64,000 bases of DNA, from assembly GCF_009914755.1 (NCBI RefSeq), contig NC_060926.1. One strand, given 5' to 3'. Source of the DNA: the human T2T-CHM13v2.0 reference genome, Homo sapiens. A program made the position numbers and the translations under genes. The notes under the pieces are model-generated. The model was given only the letters and a program-made list of their open reading frames with translations. It made no database searches and had not been told where the DNA came from. This document shows, in pieces, positions 31,017 to 41,898 of the stretch (the stretch's first letter is position 1; the number at the start of each line of letters is the position of its first letter).

Positions 31017-31271
31017 CCCTGTTTGAGTGGTATTCTGTGTGTCCATGGCTCTCTTTGAGTGGTATTCTGTGCCTGCCTGGCCCTGTTTGAGTGGTATTCT
31101 GTGTGTCCATGGCTCTCTTTGAGTGGTATTCTGTGCCTGCCTGGCCCTGTTTGGTATTCTGTGCATGCCAAGGCCCTGTTTGAGTGGTATTATGTGGGTG
31201 CCGTGGCCCTGTCTGAGTGGTATTCTGTGGGTGCCATGGCCCTGTTTGCATGGTATTCTGCCCATGTCATG
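31017..31271. repeat. Minisatellite/VNTR, 8 units of 29-33 bp (consensus ccctgtttgagtggtattctgtgNNtgccatgg)
   Basis: Units start at 31017, 31049, 31081, 31113, 31145, 31174, 31207 and 31240. 31017-31080 is identical to 31081-31144. Confidence 0.93.
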
Positions 31272-32741
31272 CCTCTTCTTCCCTTCACGTTTCTTTTTCC
31301 ATATTTTCTGTGAAAAGGGGACAGGAACAGTAAAACCATACAGAAGAAAAACAAATACCAATTTCTTTTAGTGTTTGTTTTGTGATGTACAATTCTTTAG
31401 GCCTTTGAAATGAAAAAAGGAAAAGTAAAGAAAAAGCTTCCCACAAGTATGGGAAAGGGAGGGAAGCCTTGGAAGAAATAGGCAGGCTCTTTCCAGATTT
31501 GTCGCCTATGCGTAGATTCAGATCTGCAGACCCGGGTATAAGCTTGGCAGCAGGCAGGGTGCAAGGCAGGTTGCAGGCGGGCGGCCTCCTCGCCAAATCC
31601 TGTTGACATGTTTTGTTTGGCTTGAATCGTATTTGAAAAATATTCAAATTAGTTTAAAACGTGGAAATTTTCATAATAAAAAACCCCATTATCCAGCTTT
31701 TGTTGAAGAATTGGGAGTGCTGGCATCAGGCTGCTGGTGGGTTGGTGGCCTCCTCTGTGAAAAGACCTGGCTCCTAGGTCATGGCCCCTCCAGCATGGGA
31801 CAGGGGCCCTGGAGTGTGCCACTGTCCCAGGCCTAGAAAGTTCTGGACTTGGACTTGGAGCTGGGAGACTGGAGCCGGTGCTTCCTGGTCTCTCCTTTTC
31901 ACCTGCTCTTGGCAGCCATGTGTGAGAGAGCACATCTTCACCATGAGGTCCAGGGTACCTTCAAAAGATCGGATTCCCAGTGACATAGGGACACAGGGAC
32001 CCTTGGTCAAGTGGGCATTTGGGAAGTGGCGCTTAGTAGCAATCGTGAACATGTAAGGGAATCTCTTTGCTGCCTTCTAAGATAGTGTAAACCATTCCTT
32101 TCTTTAAAAAAATTATAATGTGTTTAAAAAATGTGTTTTTAAAAATTATTATTATTTTACAAGATCCATGAAATCTACGTGGTGCTTTATAGGGCGTATC
32201 TGGCTACAGCTGGTGTACTTCTGGGTGTTTTATGGCAAATTATTCTCAGATTACCCTTTAATGCAGGAAGGTCTGCCTGTTGTCTGAGCTCGCTGGGTCA
32301 TATGGAAACCCCTCCAACTTGATGCAAAACAGCTGCCTCAGTCAGCTGTTCCAAAAAAGGAGCATTTTCAAGCTGAAGTGGCAGGAAAATTTTTGAAATG
32401 TTGAATTACTCTTTCCTTGCCATTAAAATGTGATTTAATTTTGATACTAACAAATTGTGTAAATCTAAAATGAAGTACTCAGAATGGAGTTTGTTTAGTG
32501 TGTTCTGGCAATACTTACAGTATGTCCTCAGTAGGGGGTGTTCCCCAGGGAGGGCAGCACAAAATCCCTCTGACCTCCGTGTCCCAGGACCTCAGCCTGG
32601 CTGGGCCAGGGTCAGGGGCCAACCCACGGGCCTCCCTCCCCTCTCTCTTCTGGATCCCTGCTGAGACCAGCAACAAAGGGGTCAATTGTCTGAGGCCTCC
32701 TTTTGTCTAAGGGGCTCCATGAGCCTCTCTGAATGCCAAAG

Positions 32742-33052
32742 TGTATCCATGCATGTGGATGAGTGTGTGTATGCACCTATATATGAGTGTGCATGTGTGC
32801 ACATGCGGTGGTACACGTGTGTGCATGTATGTGTACTTGCATATGCATGCATGTATGCACATGTGAATAAACACATGCACACAAGCACTAAAAGACTGCA
32901 TGTGTGCGTGTGCATGTCTGAATGTGGACGAGTGTATGTGTGTGTGCCTGCATGTGTGCACACGTGTGAATGTGCATATGTGCACTAGTGTGCATATGTG
33001 TGTGTGCAGTGTACATGTGCTGTGTGTGTGTGCATGTGTGTGCGCACACACA
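32742..33052. repeat. Degenerate (TG/CA/TGCA)n purine-pyrimidine alternating tract
   Basis: Directly visible low-complexity sequence. Confidence 0.85.
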
Positions 33053-34646
33053 GGCAGTGGTGAGACTTGCTTAAAGCGTTTCTGAGTTGCTGATGCATCA
33101 GAGCAGGGCGAGGGGCTTTGGAAAGGCCTGACTAGATGATGGAGGTTCCTAAGGCCTAGGAGGAAAAGCATCTCATCTCTCAGCAGATCACACAGTTGCC
33201 TCTACCTGGCATTTGCTATGGTACAGAAACCCCAGAGACTCTTCTACCTCCCCTGCTTTCTCTGTAGGAATGAGGAAGAGCAGGCATACATATGGAAGCT
33301 TCTTACACAGCTCATTTGCCTCATTGGTCTGTTCCAACCTGGGGTTTCAAGGGAAGACCCACAAGAACTTTTCTACACTGTTCCAGCCTTTGTTCAGGCC
33401 TTCCTCATTGGACCCAGTGTATTCTGTGTGACATTTCAGCCATGTTTCCAGAATGACTGTGAAATACCCTGTTCCCATCCACCCTGGAAGTGGGTTCCCA
33501 CATAGCACGGAGGCTTTCCCCCCTCCCCAGTTGTCGTGTGCCCTTGCAGGTCCTGTTCATGCAGAGGCCTGCCAGGAGCCCTGGCTGCTGTGTCGTTTGG
33601 TTTGAGCCCTCCCTGTCCACTGGAGTTTCCTTGATTCACACCTTCTTCCTTAACAAGGTGTCCTTTTAAGAATGACAATAAAACATATTTTATTCAGAAG
33701 CCAGGAAAAGACTCATAAAAACACTTCATTGAAATTCACCTTTGTGAAAGATTCATCTCCCAGCCCCCTTTAACCAGCACAGCTGTCATGAACAACTTTT
33801 TCTGTGTTTTTTTTTTTTCTTCTTGTCCCTCCCACCCCATTTCCTCTCCCTACTCCAGCAAGGGCTTATCTTTCAACTGTGGAAAAGCCACCAATTAAAC
33901 TGTACTCCAAAGCTTATCAAAATATTCAGTCAGTAAAATTATCTTATAATTAGCCTCACTGTAAGCCAGAACGTTTTAATCCCAGGAAATGTAAAGTTAT
34001 CCGGCATGTGAAATCTGTAAATTGCTCATCCTGACCTTCTGTCTACAGTTTCTACTTTTATTTCTTTCCCAAAGTAATTTCTTCCTTGTTCTTCAAATTC
34101 TTGATTGTCTCTGAGGCATCTTCCTCTTCTGTTTGCTTAAGTTTCAAAGAAAATTTACTCCTAGTTGAGATAGAGAATTGAAAAATTCAGGTGATTGTGA
34201 TGTGCAATCAACCTGATTTTATATATTTCATACCTTCACTTTGAACTGTTCTTTTTGCAAACGTAAGTCTCTGATTGCTGATGGCTTGCCCTCGTTGGTC
34301 CTGTACTTTGGATGCCTGCAGTGGTATGCATGGCTGAATTATTCTGGAACCAAGCTATTCAAACAGTATCTGGGGGATTCTGCAGGACGTCGAGCTGGGC
34401 AGTGGCGTTGGACTTTTTAATTTCAACCATTTCTCTTCTCATAGCTCTCCCTCCCCTTTCACCCTCCCACAGCCTGGGGATCCTCCTATCATCTTGCACC
34501 ACCTGGGACAGCACCATGAATGTTACTTCCCCACCCCATCCTATTTGGACCAACATCAAGGGAACCATAAGTGATGTTTGGGGATCTTAAGCTTAAGGTG
34601 CAACTTAGACTTTGGCTACAGAAATGATATTCAGATGATGCTTAGG

Positions 34647-34918
34647 TTTGTTGTTGTTGTTGTTTGTTGTTGTTGTTGTTTGTTGTTGTTGTTGTTTTTG
34701 ACGGAGTCTCACTCTGTCACCCAGGCTGGAGTGCGGTGGCGCAATCTCGGCTCACTGCAAGCTCCACCTCCCCAGGTTCAATCGATTCTCCTGCCTCAGC
34801 CTCCTGAGTAGCTGGGATTACAGGTGCCCGCCACCGCACCTGGCTAATTTTTTGTATTTTAGTAGAAATGGGGTTTCACCATCTTGGCCAGGCTGGTCTT
34901 GATCTCCTGACCTCGTGA
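34647..34918 (-). mobile_element. 5'-truncated AluS with (GTT)n tail
   Basis: Antisense Alu ending abruptly after ctgacctcgtga; tail (gtt)n at 34647-34698. Confidence 0.92.
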
Positions 34919-35662
34919 ATGGGCTAGTGAAACTTACATAGGCATGTTTGACCTGGTCATCACTTGTTGTATGATGAAATATTTTCAAAGTTCCCAGAAC
35001 TCATTGAAAAATTAAATTTTGGAATGTACTAACATTTCAATAAATGGAGTATTGCCTGTATATAGTGCTATTAGTGGTAGTTATTATTTATAGAATTTTT
35101 CCTATCACACAATAGGCACACGCATACACACACAGAGATAAGAACACACAAATACATAAAAATTGCTTCATCCTTACATTAATTCTGTGAGAAAGTAATA
35201 AATTTGCCCATTTTACAGTTGGGAAAATTAAGGCTCTGACAGTTTCAATAACTTGCTGATGCAGCTGAACTTGACTGGCTGGCCTGACCCTTGTAATCCC
35301 TTCTGTGAACTAGCCAGGGCCCCTGTCATATGATTTGACCCCCACTTATGCCTGAGAGATTTCCTCATCATCCCTGCAGAGTAAAGAGGAAATCACAGCT
35401 TCACCTCAACCTCCACTTGTTGCTGTGCCCAGCAATTGCATGCACCATATCTTGATGTCACACATGAATTTCAGGCTCAATTTATTTGCTGACCTCAGAG
35501 CTCAGAGCTGAGGCTTGCCCGCCTTGAGCTTATGGGATCAGTGTGAAGGCTGTGATGATCCGCATAGGGAGACTCTGGCCCAGGTGGCCTGGGCTCCACT
35601 TGGTGCTCCTAGGGTAGGAGATAGAGGGGGGACCAGCTCCCAGGATCCCACCATGTGTGGGC

Positions 35663-35738
35663 GTGTTCTCCTAATGCCAACCTTGGAATCAGCTACATGC
35701 GTGTTCTCCTAATGCCAACCTTGGAATCAGCTACATGC
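35663..35738. repeat. Perfect 38-bp tandem duplication
   Basis: gtgttctcctaatgccaaccttggaatcagctacatgc occurs at 35663-35700 and again at 35701-35738. Confidence 0.97.
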
Positions 35739-36060
35739 TGCAATCCCATCCTTTCACAACTGTGTCTTGGAGCTAAAAGACCCCTATTTTGGAAGCCATT
35801 CCTATTGAGAGACACCTCCTGTCTAATCCACAACTAAATATTTTACGCCTCTGTAAGACTCTTTCAAAATACAAATTATCTGTAAGAGCTAAGTTGAAAC
35901 TAAATATCTGTCATTAAAATGTGTTATTTTTGAAGCATTAGCTGTAGGGCATTTTAGAAAATCTTTAAAACGTAATTGGCCGTATCAAGTTAATTTTCTT
36001 GTGTGAATTCTGCATACTCTTGATATTACTTAATTTGTTTTTCTCTCTTTTTAATTACAG

Positions 36061-36095
36061 CTTGGGTTGATGATAGCCATTCGCTATAGCCACAG
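36061..36095 (+). CDS. ACOXL: 35-nt coding micro-exon (probably exon 10), LGLMIAIRYSH(S)
   Basis: Acceptor tttttctctctttttaattacag| with a branch-like cttaat at about 36029, and donor cacag|gtaaat at 36096. Its phase-0 start joins the previous exon in frame. IAIRYS is the conserved acyl-CoA oxidase motif preceding R-R-Q-F-G. Confidence 0.93.
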
Positions 36096-37063
36096 GTAAA
36101 TGTTTACATTTTTGTTTCTTTTAAGAATTATCCTTACCAGTTTATAGCTCTTGGTTTGCTTATGTCTCAGATTTTGAGCTTTTTTTTGGTGGTTGCTTTC
36201 CTGTGATGTCCGTGTCGCAGATGGAATTGTTCTAGTTGCTTGATTGGCAAGAGCACATTGCTATTTAGAGGAACGAGGTCTTTGTGAAAACATGGTGGTA
36301 GATAGCACATTTATTTCAAAACAAACAAAAAAAGGGATATTCTAGGGCATGACACAGAAGCACTATCTGGGTAATGTTCTCACTCTTAAAGAGTGCCTGA
36401 AAACGGGGATGCCCTGCATGAGAGGTGAGTCCCAGCAGAGAGAAACCCAGCAAGGGCTTGTCTGTGAAGCCCTTGCCACCTTCCATGCCAGGCCTCTCTC
36501 TCTGTGTCTTAGGATGCCTGACAGTGGCAAAAAGCCCTATTTTTGTCTTGCTTCATGATTTCTGTCTTGGTCTCTACTGTATTACACTTGTGAAAAATGT
36601 TTGTTTCTTGTGTTGATATCAACATTTTCCCCTTTGCATGTGTCAAAATGCGTTGAGATGTTAAAGTAAGATCCAGCTCCAGTGGAGGGGTAATAAGCAG
36701 TCCTGTCCTTACAAAAACTGTGCTCACAGCCTCCCAAAGTGCCACCCTGTGGTCATAGGCTTCGGGCTTGGGGATGTCTGCTCAGCTGCCCACAGACAAC
36801 CTAAAGTCACCTGATTTCGAAAGAAGTTTGCCTCCTAAAAATGCTCATAACAAGTGTATACATGGTTTCAATATACACGTGAATTGGGCAATCATAGGCA
36901 ATACCTGAGAGCTAGAAAGCTGGGGGGGAGCCATGTAGGTTACAGCAGGAAGAGGGCAGGAGAGGACTCAAGCCCTTGGAATGAGCCTGTGGGAAGAAAG
37001 GTTCTCATGTGGGACATTTCTGGAGACCTATGAAAGAAACTGCTCCAGAGAGGCTCAAGATCA

Positions 37064-37561
37064 TGGAGGGGAAAGAAATACATTTTCCTGGCCCATTGCT
37101 AGGTGCATGGCTGAGTCTCCATACAAAAGACAGATTAACTAGAGAAAGCATGCACATTTATTTAATATAAGTTTTATATAACATGGGAGCTCTCACAAGG
37201 AAATAAAGACCCAAAGTAACAGAGAAACCTGTATGTTTTTAATGTTAGTTTGATGGAGAAGTGCACAGTTGTAGAGATGGATAATTGGACAAAGAGGGTA
37301 TGATCTAATGGTGATAAACTGGGTGGGGGATTGGGGACTTAACAAACTTAGCCTGTTTGTTCAGATTCTGTGGTCCTGTGTCTTCAGAGATAAGTATGTT
37401 TCTTTTCTCTGGGTATATGGAGGCTACCTCTCAAATGAGAATTTTATGGCCTGTATCAGGGGCGGAGGGGAAGGGGAAGGTGAGAGTGACCTTCCTGCTT
37501 CTGCTGTTTTCTCAAATGCCAAGGTGCCGTTTTTTAGTGTATTGTGTCCTGAACCCCATCA
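37064..37561 (-). mobile_element. ERV1 MER4-group solo LTR (MER39/MER34-like)
   Basis: acaaaagacagattaactagagaaagcat...gtgtcctgaaccccatca resembles the antisense of this LTR family. The exact subfamily is uncertain. Confidence 0.7.
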
Positions 37562-37897
37562 ATTGTTTGTATGTTTCCGGTCCTATGAGTGCATGATGCA
37601 TGCCCACGACAAAAGTGTGGTGTCCTGCAGATGGGTGCTCTTCCCTTGTAACCCCAGCCAGGCTGCTGCAGCTGCTGAGGCACACAGCTATGGCACACTT
37701 AGGAAGAAGCATGGTGCGCACACGGACCCCTAACCCTAAAACCAACTGTGTGGTATGGTGGGGTGCGGTGGGTATGGAAGTGCTCTCTCCAGAACTTGCA
37801 GGAGCCTCTTTTTCTAGAATGTTCTCAAGGTGGACTGCTCCAGAATGAGGACAGCTAAGATCTTGCTCTAGTTCAGTGACAAGCTTGCCCTTCCCCA

Positions 37898-38009
37898 TGA
37901 TGTCTCACTATGTTGCAAGGGCTGGTTTTGAACTCCTAGACTCAAGCAGTGCTTCTGCCTTGGCCTCCCAAATTGCTGGGATTACAGGAGTGAGCCACCA
38001 TGCCTGGCC
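37898..38009 (-). mobile_element. Alu left-monomer/FLAM fragment
   Basis: gtctcactatgttgc...gtgagccaccatgcctggcc. Confidence 0.85.
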
Positions 38010-39214
38010 AATGTAGGCTTCTAAGAGGAAGGAAATCTTAAACCATCCTCATTCCTCCAAACTGTGAAAGTGGCAGGGAAGCCCAGCTGACTCAGGCAGA
38101 TGCCCCTGGTAGGCTGATAACATGGGTCTCTCAGAACAAATAGTCTTTAAATTGCTGTCTGGCATTGCTGTGGAGGAGAGGCAGAGTTTGGGGAGAGTGT
38201 GGAGGTGTGGGGTGGATCCTGGCGGCTTCAGATTGCTTCTGTAGTTCTACTAGTTCAGCCTTGACCCCAAACTTAGAACCTACTCCTCAAACAAGCCCTG
38301 CAGAGAGTTGGACAAAATGCAAGGAGGAAGTTAGCAGCTGTCTGTTGTACATGAGCTTGCCTCTTTAGGCTCCAGCCCCCACGTTCTGTGCTCTGCTCTC
38401 CCCAGGAGACATCCTAGCACATGTGGTTTCCCCCTGCTGTGTTTCCAGAGATGTTTGTCTCCAGGCTGTCCTTATAACCTTTAAGGTGTTAAGTGCAGAG
38501 CAATTAACAAATATCATGGATATTTACATAAGTGCAACAATAAACAAACAAAAATCTCAGTAAGTGGGAGAAGTGACAACTGAAAGTGATAAGATTGAGG
38601 GAAGGAAAGTGAAGACATCTCCTGAGGCTGCCTTGCAAGGTCCAAGGTCCTTCACCATCGACCTTGGGATCTGGGGACCAGGGAGCGAGTGGTAGCCCAG
38701 TGAAGCCGGTATTCACAAAAGGCTGCCTGCAGCAGCTGGTGTCATCTGTAGAGGAGTCTGAAGACTTTGGGAGCAGAAAGAATGGTTAGAAAGTGATTGC
38801 AGTAACTCAGAGACAGCATGAGGGCTTTCTAGGCTTGGCTGGGCCTCTCACAAAATATGAATGTCTGATTCACACAAGCCAAGCTGGGAAGACTTACCGA
38901 GGAGCATGTGGCCTGCTCACGGACTGACATCTTCAATACTGTGGAAACGGAGAAGGGATGATCAAAGGGTTGTGTTTTCCAAAAATTACTTCTGAAATCT
39001 AAGGAATTCTGATTTTAACATTCTGGAAAGTACAACAACATTTGTAAATTTGTGGTGGGGACAAACCTACCTTCTGGGAAATCCCCATTTTCCCAGAATT
39101 GATGACACTTCACGAGGTGTCTCTGAAGAGCTGTTTGCAGGTCAGGGCTTTTCTTCCCCTCGGCCACAGGAGGACCTGATCTTTTCTCTTAGAAGCCTGC
39201 AGGTCACCCTTTGA

Positions 39215-39540
<326 letters not shown>

Positions 39541-39699
39541 TGACTCTTCTGCTCCCTCTTACACCTAGCCTGGCCACCTACCTCTCCCCTCATCCAGCAG
39601 GAGGAAGATGAGGGATGTAGGTTTCTGGTTGAGTTCCCTCTTTAAAAATCCTATTTGCTTGTTTGGATTGGCTGAAACTTCTATCCTTTAGTCGATTAC

Positions 39700-40720
39700 T
39701 TTTTTCCTGTGTGGTGAAATATGCCTAACATAAAATCAGCCATTTGTTTTAGTCTGTTTGTGCTGCTATAACAAAATACCATAGACTGGGTACTTTATAA
39801 AGAACAGAAATTTATTTTCTCACAGTCCTGGGAGGGCCAAGATGAAGGCGCCAGCAGGTTCAGTTGTCTGGTGAGGGCCTGGTCTCTGCTTCCAAGATGG
39901 TGCCTTGTTGCTGCAGCCATGGGCAGGGAGGAGTGCTGTGTTGTCACGTGGCAGAAGGGAGAGGAGCAAGAGGGGAAGGCTTCATGAAGCCTCTTTATAA
40001 GGGTCTTCTTCTCATTCGTGAGGGAGGAGCCCTCATGGCTTAATCACCTTTTAAAGGCCCCACCTCTTAATATCATCACGTTGGCCATTAAGTTTCAACA
40101 CCTGAATTTTTGAGGGAACACATGCAAACCCTAGCACCATTTTAACCATTTTTAAGTGTATAGTTTAGTGGCATTAAATACATTCCCACTGCTGTGCAAT
40201 CAACACCACTGTCCATCTCCAGAGCGTTTTCAACATTGCAAACTGTAACTCCATACCCATTAAACAATACATTTCCTTCCTCAACTCCTCTTCACTTCCT
40301 GACAACCACCATTTTACTTTTTGTCTCTATAAATTTGACTATTCTAGGGACTTTATATTAGTGGAATAATACAGCATTTGCCTTTTCGTGACTACCTTAT
40401 TTAACTTAGCATAATTCTTCAAGATTCATGCATATTGTAGAATGTACCAGAATTTCATTCCCTTCTGTGGGATAATATTCCATAGCATGTATAGGCCACG
40501 TTCTGTTTCTCCATTCATCCATCAGTAGACACTTGGGTCGCTTCCACCTCTTCGCCACTGTGAATAATGCTGCTATGAATTTGGATGTACAAATATCTCT
40601 TTGACACCCTGCTTTCAATTCTTTTGGGTACATGCCCAGAAGTGGAATTCCTGAATCCTATGGTAACTCTAAGTTTAAGTTTTTGAGGAGGGGCCATACT
40701 GTTTTCCTATCGATTACCAT
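39700..40720 (-). mobile_element. L1MB-like 3' end, interrupted by a MaLR LTR
   Basis: ccattttaaccatttttaagtgtatagtttagtggcatta.... The minus ORF 40406-40633 (YPKELKAG...FIAALFTVAKRWK) is the L1 ORF2 C-terminus. Confidence 0.85.
39745..40136 (-). mobile_element. MST/MLT1A-type (ERVL-MaLR) solo LTR
   Basis: tgttttagtctgtttgtgctgctataacaaaatacc...caaaccctagca with a 5-bp TSD CCATT (39740-39744 and 40137-40141). Confidence 0.9.
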
Positions 40721-41326
40721 TTTCCTTGTCATGTTGACCCCAAACCCAGATGCCAGAGTTGAGGGAAGGGGTCCTCTTTGTGTGGGTAGGGATACCTTTG
40801 GCATCAAGATTTGAGACTTTAGATTCTAAATCTAAGACCAGATTTGGAATTTGGAAGCAGATCAGATCTGCTTCCAAAATTCTAACATGGGCGTCAGGAC
40901 CAAGAGAGATGGTGGGGAAAGCCCCAGCAGACTCCTTTAGTAGACAGAAGAGGGGATGAAGGAAAGGGGGACAGGAAAACGTGGTTCCAAAATGACAATA
41001 CTGGGAGGATGGGTTCACTCTTGAAGAAGAATGGATTTGGGGACCTTAAAGGCGATGAATGTGCAGAGGAGGGAAAGAAGTCACTAAAATCCTGTACCCT
41101 TGGCCAGCCAGCAGTGCCTCTCAGGCTGCTGCAGACACAGAGGGGGCAGGATTGCCTCAGAGCCGGAGGGGCTCTTGTGTGGCAACAGAGGACTTGAGGC
41201 CCAAAGGAGGCCTGATTTTGTTTGCGTGCATATGCAGTGGTGCTTCAGCTGTTAGCTCTCCTTTATTCAAATGAACAGCGTTCAGGGTGAGACCATCCTC
41301 CCGCATGTGAGCATGCAAGTATGCAT

Positions 41327-41331
<5 letters not shown>

Positions 41332-41389
<58 letters not shown>
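41332..41389. repeat. (CA)~29 microsatellite
   Basis: Uninterrupted run. Confidence 0.98.
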
Positions 41390-41391
<2 letters not shown>

Positions 41392-41858
41392 GTAACACAT
41401 GCCCACCCCAACCACTTCCACTGCTGACCCCAGACACCTCTAACTCTTGCTAGACCAGTTATTCCAGATCTGTCTGTGGTATAGAGGGGTGTGTGTGTGT
41501 TGGGGGGGGGTGTATGTGTTTGTGTGTGTCTTCATATGAGCATGTGGGTAGGGAGCTGAGGGGTCAGGAAGCAGAGAAAGAATCATCATATTTCGATGGT
41601 GTAAATGTACCAAGCAAGGAGAGCCTCTGCCATGACTGCCTGCGCGCTTAACAACAGGTCCTGCTCATGTTTCGTTTATTATCATGGCGCTTTAATTTAT
41701 TTTTGTAAAGTCAAGCCATTTTCACAGAGTGGAAAATTGTCTCTTGATGTTCATTCCCCACTGTTTGGCTTGAGGTTTTCGGGTGGAATCCACACAGTGG
41801 TGACAGCTGGGTAACCCCCAGAAGTGCCCTTTGCAGATAACAGCTCTCGGGGCCCCAT

Positions 41859-41898
41859 CACCCACACAGTGGGGAACAATTTCCCCACTGTGTGGGTG
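41859..41898. repeat. Perfect inverted repeat, 18-bp arms with a 4-nt loop
   Basis: cacccacacagtggggaa-caat-ttccccactgtgtgggtg. Confidence 0.95.

Noticed and set aside
31017-31271. ~32-bp repeats as a CRISPR-like array
   Set aside because: Units abut with no unique spacers, there are no cas genes, and the DNA is human intron. It is a minisatellite.
30745-31371. Overlapping repetitive ORFs (up to 168 aa) over the VNTR
   Set aside because: They arise from a stop-poor tandem repeat, are open in several frames on both strands, and have no splice or promoter support.
34049-34262. Cryptic exon between ctgtctacag and ac|gtaagt
   Set aside because: AT-rich, no ACOX-like peptide and not a multiple of 3. 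Splice-like motifs alone are insufficient evidence.
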